From the NCBI RefSeq assembly GCF_006345805.1, contig NC_043008.1, positions 5,518,001 through 5,582,000 of the forward strand: DNA of 64,000 nucleotides. Direction: 5' to 3'. Both the position numbers and the translations under genes were made by a program. The DNA is from Octopus sinensis (lineage: Eukaryota). Numbering within the stretch: position 1 is the stretch's first letter; the number at the start of each line of letters is the position of its first letter. This document shows positions 25,292 through 37,916 of the stretch, one piece after another. Under the pieces are notes generated by a model. The model was not told the origin of the DNA, ran no database searches, and was given only the letters and a program-made list of their open reading frames with translations.

Positions 25292-25472
25292 TTAATCTTG
25301 ACCATCAGCTTAACCTTGGTGTTGCAGGCAGAATGGTTGCTACCTTCTCAACCATGTCCCACACGTAGTAATCCATGGGATTACAAATGTCGGAATTAAG
25401 GGGCCAGAAACTGGAGCTGGTGAAATGAAAAAAATTTTCCGAGAACCACTTCTGACTCTTTTCATTGATACT

Positions 25473-26893
25473 TTCCAGGGGGAAAAACTAGAAGTAGTTG
25501 ATAGCTTCCGTTATCTAGGTGACCAAGTCAGTAGTGGGGGTGGGTGCGCTGAAAGTGTAACTGCTAGAATAAGAATAGCCTGGGCAAAGTTTAGGGAGCT
25601 CTTACCTCTGCTGGTGACTAAAGGCCTCTCGCTCAGAGTAAAAGGCAGACTGTATGATGCGTGTGTACGAACAGCCATGCTACATAGCAGCGAAACATGG
25701 GCTGTGACTGCTGAGGACATGCGTAAGCTCGTGAGGAATGAAGCCAGTATGCTCCGATGGATGTGTAATGTCAGTGTACATACTCGACAGAGCGTTAGCA
25801 CCTTGAGAGAATGTTGTACCTAAGAAGCATCAGTTGTGGTGTGCAAGAGAGACGATTGCGCTGGTATGGTCATGTGGCGAGAATGGATGAAGATAGGTGT
25901 GTGAGAAAGTGCCAATCCCTAGCAGTTGAGGGAACCCGTGGAAGAGGTAGACCCAGGAAAGCCTGGGACGAGGTGGTGAAGCACGACCTTCGAACTTTAG
26001 GCCTCACTGAGGAAATGACCAGAGACCGAGACCTTTGGAAATATTCTGTACGTGAGAAGACCAGGCAGGACAAGTGAGCCCAGCCCACTTATGAATGCCT
26101 TCCTCCCTTGGACACAAAGACCGGTTGAGGCAAGCGAAGTCGATATAGAACCTCATCCGACGACAGACACCCATCCCAACCCCCCATGCTTGCGAAGACA
26201 TGTTGGGGCAAGCGAAATCGAAACCGAATTGAACCAGCCAGGATCCCTGGCCTGGTGGTACGTAAAAAGCACTATCCGACTCGGGGCCGTGGCACGTAAA
26301 ATACTCCAATGCGACCGTACGACAGGCACCCATGCCAACCCCCTTTGCTTGTGAAGACATGTTGGGGCAAGCGAAATCGAAACCGAATTGAACCAGCCAG
26401 GATCCCTGGTCTGGTGGTACGTAAAAAGCACTATCCGACTCGTGGCCGTGGCACGTAAAATACTCCAATGCGACCGTACGACAGGCACCCTTGCCAACCC
26501 CCTTTGCTTGTGAAGACATGTTGGGGCAAGCGAAATCGAAATCGAATTGGACCAGCCAGGATCCCTGGTCTGGTGGTACGTAAAAACCACTATCCGACTC
26601 GTGGCCGATGCCAGCACCGCCTCGACTGGCTTCCGTGCCGGTGGCACATAAAATACACCAATCTGACCGTGGCCGTTGCCAGCCCTGCCTGGCACCTGTG
26701 CAGGTGGCACGTAAAAAGCACCCACTACACTCACGGAGTGGTTGGCGTTAGGAAGGGCATCCAGCTGTAGAAACATTGCCAAATTAGACTGGAGCCTGGT
26801 GCAGCCTTCTGGCTTCCCAGAACCCCGGTCGAACCGTCCAACCCATGCTAGCATGGAGAACGGACGTTAAACGACGATGATGATGATGATGAT
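25473..26893 (+). mobile_element. RTE-clade LINE, 5'-truncated, with 3' UTR and (GAT)n tail
   Basis: LEVVDSFRYLG...RIRIAWAKFRELLPLL...RLRWYGHVARM...RGRGRPRKAW; one frameshift near 25810. Confidence 0.93.
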
Positions 26894-27896
26894 GAAGGAG
26901 CAAAGTCGTGCTGCCTTCCAGCAGCAGCCCTCTCCAGCCAGGGCTTGACCATAGTGAGCAGTAGCTTCACCTAACTATCTGAAGTATGCCCAAGGCCTTC
27001 TTCAAAGATGTAGCAAAGAATCCTGGGATGCAGACACAGTTAAAACCCCTGCTGTGTCCCTTTCTACTGACCACAGCTTCATAATCTCTGTTGCAGCTGT
27101 CCATGTTATGTCTTACATCCTTTACGGTGTTCACAGAGCATTGAGCAGGGGTCATGATGTTGGCATTTTGATACCTGGGCACGAATCATCATGACACAGG
27201 TAACCTTTTTTTTTTTTCCGATATTCACATGGCTTCCATTCCTCCGTGTCAGCTAATTTTTTTCCCGAATACAAATTGTAGTTAAGACACCCGTGCCGGT
27301 GACACGTAAAGAGCACTGTCCGAATGTGGCAGATGCCAGCGCCGCCTGACTGGCGTCCATGTTGGTGACATGTAAAAGCACCAACCGATCGTGGCCGTTT
27401 GCCAGGCTGCTCTGGCCCCTGTGCCAGTGGCACGTAAAAAGCACCTACTACACTCTCAGAGTGGTTGGCGTTAGGAAGGGCATCCAGTTGTAGAAACAGT
27501 GCTAAATCAGACTAGAGCCTGGTACAGCCTCTGTGGCTTCCAGACCCCGGTCAAACCGTCCAACCCATGCTAGCATGGAAAACGAACGTTAAATGATGAT
27601 GATGAACTTCCATCTCTATACTCCCCACTGGTGCTGACTGTTCACCAATTCATCAAGCCATTACTGATAAAAAGAGACATAAAACACATCTTCAAATTTA
27701 GCTCAAATACCTTCTACTTTTGTCTGTTATTGCTTTCTTTCTCCTTTCCTCTCTTTTCTCTCCTTTATACCATAATCCCATGGTATTCCTTTACCTTCTC
27801 ATTTTCTTCCATTCCCGATTTGAAAAATATCACTTTACCAAATGTTTTATTGAGACCAGTTGTGGAATATTTCACCTGAGCATTTCTGGTATTTAA

Positions 27897-28295
<399 letters not shown>

Positions 28296-28529
28296 TAATT
28301 TCTGCACTGCAGATTCCATCCGTTTGAGAATTTTTACAACTGAAACGAAATTGAAAATGGCGGAATTAAACTTCAAATAAGAAGTTTAATTTCTTAGTCC
28401 AGAACCAGCTAAACTATTTATTAAGATAAATGCTTGGTTTGAATAGTGTCACTCTGGCTCTACTTTTGTCCACTTCTGCTGTTCAAAATAACTCCATGCA
28501 TTACTTATGAAAATTACTTTTGTGTTTAG

Positions 28530-28603
28530 CTTCAGAGATTCCAGAACATTGTATCATCCTGTGAAAGGGCCTTAAAGTCAGTTTCTGATCAAATTGCTGA
28601 AGC
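28530..28603 (+). CDS. ZFR: ZFR-like exon 3: LQRFQNIVSSCERALKSVSDQIAE(A)
   Basis: tttAG acceptor (alternative in-frame AG 6 nt downstream), GTAAGT donor, phase 0/2; matches ZFR LQAVQKIVSxTERALKLVSD. Confidence 0.9.
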
Positions 28604-28788
28604 GTAAGTAATGCTTAATTTCTTTGTGCGTTTGTGTCTTGGTATATGTTCTGTAGGGCAAAAGGTGAAAGTTTGTTTGTGTGTGTGTGTACAAATCCAC
28701 CCAGTGTTACATGGTAATGAAATGTGGGCTGTGAATGCAGAAGACATATGAAGGTTTGAAAGAAACAAAAGTAACATGCTCTGCTTAA

Positions 28789-29226
28789 CCCTTTCATTAT
28801 CAACCCAGCTGAACCCGGTTCTGGCTCTGTAATACAAATGTCTTGTTTTCATATGTTTTGAATTAAAATCTTCCACAAAACCTTAGTCACAATTTATGTT
28901 CCTAGCTGAATGATAACCAAGTTATTCTTCTAAATTCTGTTATATTTAACTCTTTAGTGTTTAAACCGGCTGTATCCGGCCCAAATATTCTACACATTTT
29001 ATGCTCAAACTGGCCAGAACCAGCATCTCACACCTACCCTGCAATGTCATTTTTAAAATAAGCAATTACATCTTTCCTATCTTGAAGCTACAAAATAATA
29101 TCAGATAAATTTTTTTTAAATGTGAATAAATAAGGATTATTTTTGCCAAATTAATATGAATGCTAAAAGGTTAAAGTAATTTAAAGAAATACAGAGCATC
29201 TCAAAATAAATACAGTAATGAAAGGG
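28789..29226. mobile_element. piggyBac MITE A with MITE B (28950-29170) nested at an internal TTAA
   Basis: TTAA duplicated at 28946 and 29171; outer TTAA at 28785 and 29227; free MITE B copy at 42167-42387. Confidence 0.8.
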
Positions 29227-30300
29227 TTAAGAAGAAAAATAATCAGAAGACATGAAAGAAGGAGACCTCAATGTGGTCGCTCTATATGCTAGAAATAATA
29301 ATCTAAATTTCCTTCAAAACAGACTGGAGAACTTGGCACAGTCTTCTGGCTTGCCAGCTCCTGTCAAATCGCCCAGCCCATTCCGATATACAAAACAGAC
29401 ATTAAAAGGTAAGGAAGAGGATCTACTTGAGAAAGCCTTCTACAGGATCTCTCACTCTGTACATTTTATGACTTGCTCGCCACTAAGTATGATAGGTTTT
29501 TCTCTGTTGGCTTGTGCAGTCCAAGGAAGCACACCATATATAGTAGTGCAGTCAGGAAGGTCAGTGAGGCCCAACCTTCCGAGCCCTTTGACAGGGCTTA
29601 GAAAATCTTAAGGACCGCTGCAATAAATGTGCGAATCTTGAGAAGAGAATATGTTGTATAAAACCGTAATCAACTGATCCTCCTATATTTTCTTTTGCTC
29701 AAAGCCAAGAACTTTTCATCACCCCCCCCCTGTATAACCAGTAGGCTTCATCACATCAGTACTCTGTTCTTTCTATTGTAGAACTTAATAATAATCACAT
29801 CATTGTTTTTATGTATAACAATGTTAATTAGCACAAGGTCTTTATAATGATCTTGTGTATATTATATTTGATATTGTAAACTCTCTCCCTCTCATATAAA
29901 CACACACCTTTTTGTATTCTTACTTCAAATTTAAAAAAAAACTACCATTGATATATTATACAAAATTCAAATTTTATATCTCTGAAGAACAGAAGAATTG
30001 TCTATAAATGCTTATCAATATAGGATTCCATTATAGGGACAGTACTCCTGCGAAACGATCATAAGATGCTTTAAAAACTAAATTCAAAACTTTTAAACTG
30101 TCATATATATTATATATATATACTTATACATATTTACATATATTTATACTTTTAATACTACAATTATTTTACTCACGTATATATCTTTCTGAAGAATTTT
30201 CTAATATTGATTTCCTGATATTAATAATAATATATTATAAAATATATATATTCTTACATATATCTGTAAAAATAATATGTGAGAATTACTCGGTAGCCAA

Positions 30301-30361
30301 GATAAAACTCTGAGTTTCGGATGCCGAGGTGGAAATCCACAACACCATCTCTTCAGTTATC
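30301..30361 (-). ncRNA. Type-I hammerhead ribozyme motif (left arm, antisense to host gene)
   Basis: gauaa-CUGAAGA-GAUG..GUGG(AUUU)CCAC..CAUC-C-GAAAC-UC-A-GA-GUU-uuauc. Confidence 0.65.
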
Positions 30362-30605
30362 TGGCCATCTGAAAAATGCTATGAAAAGGACCATTATACA
30401 AAGGTCAATTACTGTGTTATAGACCGCTAATTATACAAAAGCACTAATTCGAAAGACCGCTAATTAAGGTAAGGTTAAAAGTTCATATGAACAGACACGC
30501 TTACGCATTACTATGAACTTTTAACCTTATCTTAATTAGCGGTCTATAACACAGTAATTTCCCTTTGTATAACGGCCTTTTTTCATAGCGTTTTTCAGAT
30601 GGCCA

Positions 30606-30666
30606 GATAACCGAAGAGATGGTGTTGTGGATTTCCACCTCAGCATTCGAAACTCAGAGTTTTATC
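30606..30666 (+). ncRNA. Type-I hammerhead ribozyme motif, U4C core variant (right arm, sense to host pre-mRNA)
   Basis: gauaa-CCGAAGA-GAUG..CAUU-C-GAAAC-UCAGA-GUU-uuauc. Confidence 0.5.
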
Positions 30667-30800
30667 TTGGCTACCGAGTAATTGTGACATATTATATTTA
30701 CAGATAAATTCCTCTATTTACATAATATTGAGGTCTCTTTCTTTCTTTTGTTGTCTTACCGTTTTTACCAATTATATTCTTACATATATTTAATGTATAG

Positions 30801-30875
30801 TGAAACTCTGAAGAAGAAAAATGGTGGCAAAATGTCTGCAGAATCTGCTGCAACTGACGGGGAAGGCAAGGAAAG
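30801..30875 (+). CDS. ZFR: ZFR-like exon 4 (variable linker): ETLKKKNGGKMSAESAATDGEGKE
   Basis: tatAG acceptor, GTAAAA donor, phase 2/2, open frame linking exons 3 and 5; charged low-conservation linker at the expected place. Confidence 0.75.
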
Positions 30876-31294
30876 GTAAAAATCTGATAATTACATGAGC
30901 TGCAATTAAATGTTAATTAGTAAATTTCGTGGTTATGATTTTGTGTGAGGTTTAAAATTATTGCCAAACATTTTCTCAGTTCAGTTTCTCTCTGTTTGCT
31001 GTTCCGTCTGTTATATTTATTTTAAGACCCCCCCCCCTTCTGTTTTCCCTCCAATTTATGTAGCTTTCAATGCTTATGAATTTTCATTTTCTCTTTTCAT
31101 GAAAATGCTTAATCTGTTTGGCAGCCTTCAATTTTAATTTTGAATTCTATTGAGAGTTGTTTTTGATGTTATTCAACTTGATAAAATAAGCACCAGTTTG
31201 CATCCTATTCTCACCTCTTTTATTCGTTATAGTTTTTGAGGTTATTATACAGGAGTTGAGGTACAAAGGCGCGCACATGTAGATATATATATAT

Positions 31295-31496
31295 ATATAT
31301 ATATAACGGGAAGGTTTACGAAAATAAACAGAAGACGAAGGCAGGTGGAGTACAAACAAATAATGTATTAGTATGGCGCTCAGGAATAGAAATAAAACAA
31401 GTCTTTTACGTTTCGAACCTACGCTCATCAACAGAAAGATACACAGAAAAGAAACAAGGAGAGAAAAAAATTGCGTGTAGGGGCTAACGAACCAAC

Positions 31497-31500
<4 letters not shown>
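31295..31500 (-). mobile_element. Penelope-pLTR-like fragment with a degenerate hammerhead core, inserted in (TA)n
   Basis: ucuuu-cug-UUGAUGA-GCGUAGGUUC-GAAAC-GUA-aaaga at about 31405-31440. Confidence 0.45.
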
Positions 31501-31527
<27 letters not shown>

Positions 31528-31758
31528 ATAGGTTTCTTTCAGTTTCTGTCCACCAAATCCACTCACAAGGCCTTGGTTGGTCTGAGGCTATAGTAGACGA
31601 TGCCTGCATTGGAACTGAACCCAGAACCATGTGGTTGGGAAGCAAATTTCTTAGCACACCGCCACACCTGTTTAATTTTCATTTGATATTGTCGTTAATT
31701 TAGTATCTTCAAATGCTTATTTTCCTATAGACTGCACTTACAAATTCTAAATATTTGA

Positions 31759-32022
<264 letters not shown>

Positions 32023-32574
32023 TGAAGCTTTTTTTTTTTTTTTGTTACTCATTTACTTGTTTCAGCCATTTGACTGTGGCCATGCTGGAGCACCGTCTTT
32101 AGTCGAGTAGGTCGACCCCAGGGCTTATTCTTTGTAAGCTTAGTACTTATTCTATCGACCTCTTTTGCCGTAAACACACCAGCATTAGTTGTCAAGCAAT
32201 GTTGGGGGATGGCAAACATATACACACACACACACACACATATATATATGTATACATATATACAACGGGCTTCTTTCAGTTTCCGTCTGCCAAATCCACT
32301 TACAAGGCTTTGGTCAGTCCGAGGCTATAGTAGAAGACATTTGCCCAAAATACCATGCATTGGAACTGAACCCGGAACCATGTAGTTGGTAAGCAAGCTA
32401 CTTACCACACAGCCACTCGTTTGTCTTTTTCTTCTGAAATTTTCTATAGCTGACAACTGGTAAGATTGCATTGTATATGAAAGCTGTAGATTCCTGTCTA
32501 AGTTTATAAAAATTGTGCATAACGTGATCTTGACATCCTAGAGATTGTGACCAAACTGGGATGATACCAATTAG

Positions 32575-32880
32575 ATAATACTAATTAATTACTGCTTTCA
32601 CAGGTGAGTGACGGATTTCAGTCTTCATTCTCTGACCTTTGAGTTTCGTAAACTTCTTAATCTGGTGTGTCTTCATCATTTCAAATTCTTTCATGTACGA
32701 CTTTTCCGGATCTTGTTGGATTCTCTTTCTATCACCTTCTCTGGTTATTTTCCTAATTAATGAAGATAACCTCTCTTTGATTTCATTATTTAGTTGATGT
32801 TTTTCCCCCAACGGTTGTAATGGATCCTCCCAAACTGGGATATGGTTAACAATTTGCTGATTGTATTGACTGTCATAAGT
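32575..32880 (-). mobile_element. Possible Penelope-like ORF N-terminal fragment
   Basis: 76-aa K/E-rich ORF ending HQIKKFTKLK...KAVIN, resembling the region preceding PLE RT; weak. Confidence 0.35.
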
Positions 32881-32903
32881 AATAGTAATGTGTTCCGTTT
32901 CAG

Positions 32904-33054
32904 ACTGTGACCGAAGAGAAGTATGAACTTAAGATGTCAGTCAGCGATGCCTCAATCATTGTTTCCAGTATAGACAAGGAACCAGTGATTTCCTGCACCA
33001 TCATGCTCACCTCACCTGTCATTAGGGAACCACCTACTGTAAAGCCAGAACCAG
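32904..33054 (+). CDS. ZFR: ZFR-like exon 6: TVTEEKYELKMSVSDASIIVSSIDKEPVISCTIMLTSPVIREPPTVKPEP
   Basis: tttcAG / GTAATT, phase 0/1; ZFR-type EKY...LTSPxIRE motif. Confidence 0.92.
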
Positions 33055-34464
33055 GTAATTCTTGATCATATGGCTCTTGTGTGGGGCTAGATACTTACTC
33101 CCTTTATTATCCTCGTCATTGGTCCCTAACTCTGTTTTCCATGCTGGTATGGGTTGGACGGTTTGACAGAAGCTAGCAAGCTAGAGATCTGCACCGGGTT
33201 CCAGTTTTATTTGGCCTCAATTCTACAGCTGAATGCCCTTCCTAATGCCAACCACTTTACAGTGTGTGATGGGTGCTTTTAATGTGGCACCAGCATGCAT
33301 ATATATATATATATATATACACAAAATTTAGAGGACTGACCACTAAAGTGGACAACCTATATGCTAAACATAGATGTCAAATCGCCATTACCACAAAGAA
33401 TGTGTTCTCAAGAAAAATCTCGGCAAAAAACCAAAATGTAAGAACAAATTTTGTACGTAACACAATTTTTAATTTTCGGATTTTTTAAATATGCTAAACC
33501 ACTGGTTTTAATTGATTAATATCAAAACCTACCTTCATTATTTAATTATGTATATATATTTGGTCTTATCCATACATGCATGGAAGATGGATGTTAAATG
33601 ATGATTGATATATACTGAACTACAAAAGACACGTTGCACTGTAAAAGATTATTTGTTTCACACACGATATTGAGATTAAATGGATTTTATCACAATTCTT
33701 GGTAATTTGACATCAGGAATTTGTCACTGACCCACAGCATCACTCTCTTTTGAAAACACAAGGATTGCATGTTAGGTTTCAACTCACTCACTTTTTGTGA
33801 ACATGATAATACTTGTGAACGCATCTTTATGAAAAGCATGATGCACATGTAAAATGACTCGTTGGTTATAAAAGGCACCCAGATTTACTCGCCTGTCATT
33901 CGTTTCCCGAACACAGGAAGCATGCCAAGACTGATACGAAATCAGAGGGAGCAAACCGTCGGATGTCTCCATGGCAGATAAAAAGCATCCACTGGAGTGA
34001 ATGGTGTTAGGAAAGGCATCCAGCTGTAGAAACCAATCCAAATCAGATTGGAACCTGGTGCAGCTTACCAGTTTTCAGTCAGCATGGAAAATGGATGTTA
34101 AATGATGATGATGTGTTTGTAGGAAGAGAGTAACTTAGAGTTATGGTTCCGTAATTGGGTTTTAAAAGAAGAGAATTTAGTAGGATTCAGTGGTACAGAG
34201 TTGGCAAGGTTTGTTGTTTTCTTGGTGTGGTTGTGCATGGAACAATACTTTCTAGTTAATGCTAAATGTAATATTTTTAAAATTTTAGTACCCATATATA
34301 TATTTAGATAGTGGAGTGTTTTTCTTGCTTGGGTTGTGAAAAGTATGCATATATTGGTTGTATTGTGTTTTGAACTGGTTTACTGTTAGCTCTATATATG
34401 TGGCTGTGGCTAGTGTTGCCGTTGTGTTACAAATTTATATTATCTTTGTATTTCATTTGCTTAG

Positions 34465-34556
34465 GTGGAAAAAAGCAGAAAGATCCTGTTGATCTCCTCA
34501 ACAAACAGACATGTTTGGATGCTCTAGCAGTTCTGAGGCATGCCAAATGGTTTCAG
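34465..34556 (+). CDS. ZFR: ZFR-like exon 7: [31 protein letters not shown]
   Basis: cttAG / GTAAGA, phase 1/0; DZF motif [15 protein letters not shown]. Confidence 0.95.
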
Positions 34557-36096
34557 GTAAGATTTATTATTCTGTAACAGTTTCTCTAACTTTTTTAGCT
34601 GAGACTTGATTTTTCTGTTCTTAACATTTAATATAGTTTCTTTGACTCATTTGGAAAGAAGCTACCCATTTTGGTAGTCTGCTCCCCCACCCCATTCATC
34701 TTCTCAAACAGTCTTACAAACCACTCATCCTCCCACCTCTACTCAGCTTGTGCCTTGTGGGGGCTACTTGGGCACCTTATCATTACTAATCTGTGTCTTG
34801 TAGCTCCTGCTGATCATTTTCTTTCCCCCCTCTTTTTTTTTATGTGGGTAGCCATACCAATCCCTCTGCAAGAAGCTGCTCTGCCTTCCCCCCTCATAGT
34901 AAACCTCATAGTAAACCAGCTCTGGCTCTGAGTACAAAAGTTCTGAATTAAATCTTCCACCAAACCTTAGTCACAATTTATGTTCCCAACACCAGCTTAA
35001 TAAGAAGTAAGTTATTTTACTAAATTCTTTGTTTTATTTAAAAGTAATTGAAAGAAACACAGAGCTTCTCAAAATAAATACAGTAAAGAAAGGGTTAAAA
35101 AAAACACTAATAGTTCAGGAATGAATCAAAATATTTTCCTCCCTATCCAACCCCAAACAGAAATACTTTCATTCAGGTATTCATTCCCTTTGCAATTGTT
35201 TCACCTGCCAACAAGAGTTGGGCAAATGAATTGTCGAGGCAGTATTTTCAGCTGAATGCCTTCCTGCCACCAGACCGTAACTATTTCTCAAGTAAGGGAT
35301 TTCTTTCAATTTCACTGAGTTTCAAAAGAGCAAGGCTAAAGGGTGTATTGTTTACAGGGTGTATAAGCCTAAGACCACCACTTTCATACAAAGGCATGTG
35401 ATACACGCATTCATGTGCGTGCACACACACATGCACAAACACATATCTTTATCATTTAATGTCCATTGCATGGGATGGAAGGTTTGGCTGGATGCCCTTC
35501 TTAATGCCAGCCACTATGCAGAGTGTGCTAGATGGCTTTTACATGGATTCCTATATATGCCCCAGCCCATCCAAAGTGCCTTGGATCGCAGGACGGCCTG
35601 CTGTGCTTACCTTGGATCGTAGGGTGACCTGCTGTGCTTGAGGAGACCTATTGAGTCAAGTACATCAACATCAAAAAATCAAATGGAAATTGCAGTTGTG
35701 ATACCTGTGCCGGTGGCACGTAAAATGCACCGCCCATACGTGGCCGATGCCAGCGCCACCTTGACTGGCTTCCATGCCAGTGGCACGTAAAAAGCACCAA
35801 CCGATCGTGGCTGTTGCCAGCATCCCCTGGCACATAAAAAGCACCCACTACACTCATGGAGTGGTTGGTGTTAGGAAGAGCATCCAGCTGCAGAAACACT
35901 GCCAGATCAGACTGGAGCCTGGTGCTGCCTCCTGGCTTCCCAGACCCCACTTGAACCGTCCAACCCATGCTAGCATGGAAAACGGACGTTAAACGATGAT
36001 GATGATGATGTGTATGTATGTGTGTGGGTCTTCTGAATTTTTGTTTTAAATGCATTGATACATCTTTCTTATAATACCCGTATACTTTTCGTGTAG

Positions 36097-36192
36097 GCAC
36101 GAGCTACTGGTCTTCCATCGTGTGTTGTGGTGTTACGGATCCTCCGAGATTTACGCCAAAGAAATTCTGTATGGGCTCCACTTAGTGAATGG
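36097..36192 (+). CDS. ZFR: ZFR-like exon 8: [32 protein letters not shown]
   Basis: gtAG / GTAAGT, phase 0/0; matches [26 protein letters not shown]. Confidence 0.95.
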
Positions 36193-36535
36193 GTAAGTAG
36201 TTGTTATCTAATACAGCAGATTCTTCCTGGGTGACGACAGGGCTGGTTTCTGTGACATATATATATCAACCCCAGTCCTGGATCGGATGCCAGTTCATCG
36301 CAGGATTACTCACGTTTGCCAGCTGAGTGGACTGCAGCAACGTAAAATGTACCCAAGAAAACAACACATTGCTCAGTTCAGGAATTGAAACCACAATCTT
36401 ATAACCATGAGTTCGACACCCTAACCACCAAGCTACACGCTTCCACTCTCTGATATGGTATTGAGTATATATTGTTATATTCTTCCTTCCTGTTATCTGT
36501 AAGCTATTTGACATGTTTGTTTCTGTTTCGTCTAG

Positions 36536-36691
<156 letters not shown>

Positions 36692-37818
36692 TAAGTCCCA
36701 CTTTATACACCTTTGCATTTACGTTGTGGTGGGGTTAAATGAAATGACATATTTCTTTGCTTTGGCAAAGTTCTGCTTTTGTATCCATGTTAGAAATCAA
36801 TTTCTTCCTCATGTCATAATCTTTTGTTTCACATGTTTATTTTCTTATATTTTTCACTACTACTGTTAACAGTATGTCTACAGGAGATCATCCTAATTGT
36901 CAAAATTGATGCCAGTGTCGGCTGACTGGTCCTGTGCCAGCTAACTGGCCCCGTGCCGGTGGCACATAAAAATCACCATTTGAGTGTGATCATTACCAGT
37001 GCCGCCTGACTGGCTCCTGTGCTGGTGACATGTAGAAAGCACCATTCAAGTGTGGTTGATCCCAGTGTCAGCTGACTGGTCTCGTGCTGGTGGCACATAA
37101 AAAGCACCATTCAAGCATGGTTGATGCCAATACTGCCTGACTGGCCCTCATGCTGATGGCACATAAAAAGCACCCACTACACTCTCGGAGTGGTTGGTGT
37201 TAGGAAGGGCATCCAGCTGTAGAAACTTTGCCAGATCAGATTGCCAGCCCTCAGTCAAACCGTCCAACCCATACCAGCATGGGGACCAAACATTAAATGA
37301 CAATGATGATCTCAGCATTTGTCCCTAAGTTGACTTCACCATTGCGAAGTAAAACTGTCATGAGGTATGCAGCCGTGAGCTTTATTTGCACATAGTACCT
37401 TGATAAAAACCATTTATCTTTGGGTTGGCAGTAAGGTAATTTAATCCTTTTGTTACCATGGTTTTCTTGAAATACACCTCTTCATTTCAATTAATTTTAA
37501 AAGTAATGAAGAATATGGTAAAATAAGTCAGTCATTATTAAGTAGATGTTTGGACCATTAACAGAAAATTTTAATTGGAAATTATAATTTAGATCATTTT
37601 AAAACAGGTAGTTTGTACCAGAGATGTAAGGCAGTCTTGGGCAAGTTGGTATCAATACCTGACCCTCAAAATTTTTATCTTGGAATTATGGTAGAATTCG
37701 TGGCCTTTGGATGTTTCTGTTCAAATAGCAGAAGTTTTTTTTTATTTTCTTGAGTGAATTCTTTTACCATGTCCCCTGTTTCATTTCTTGTTTAATTCCT
37801 ATTTTTTCCTTTCTTTAG

Positions 37819-37916
37819 ATGTTCCAGGATTGTATGATCCTTGTGAGAAGGATCCCACAGATGTCCTTGATAGTATGTCCATGCAAGACCGAGAGAACAT
37901 CACTGCTGCAGCACAG
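37819..37916 (+). CDS. ZFR: ZFR-like exon 10: [33 protein letters not shown]
   Basis: ctttAG / GTAACA, phase 1/0; PGL.DPCEKDP motif. Confidence 0.95.

Larger units (their letters stand above)
30264..30772. mobile_element. Palindromic (fold-back) retro-insertion with a hammerhead motif in each arm and a 17-bp TSD
   Basis: Arms 30262-30487 and 30512-30705; TSD TATATTCTTACATATAT at 30247-30263 and 30773-30789. Confidence 0.85.

Noticed and set aside
25450-25725. Exonisation of the RTE fragment via the ttccAG acceptor at 25478
   Set aside because: The AG is element-derived, no convincing frame-preserving donor, no independent support
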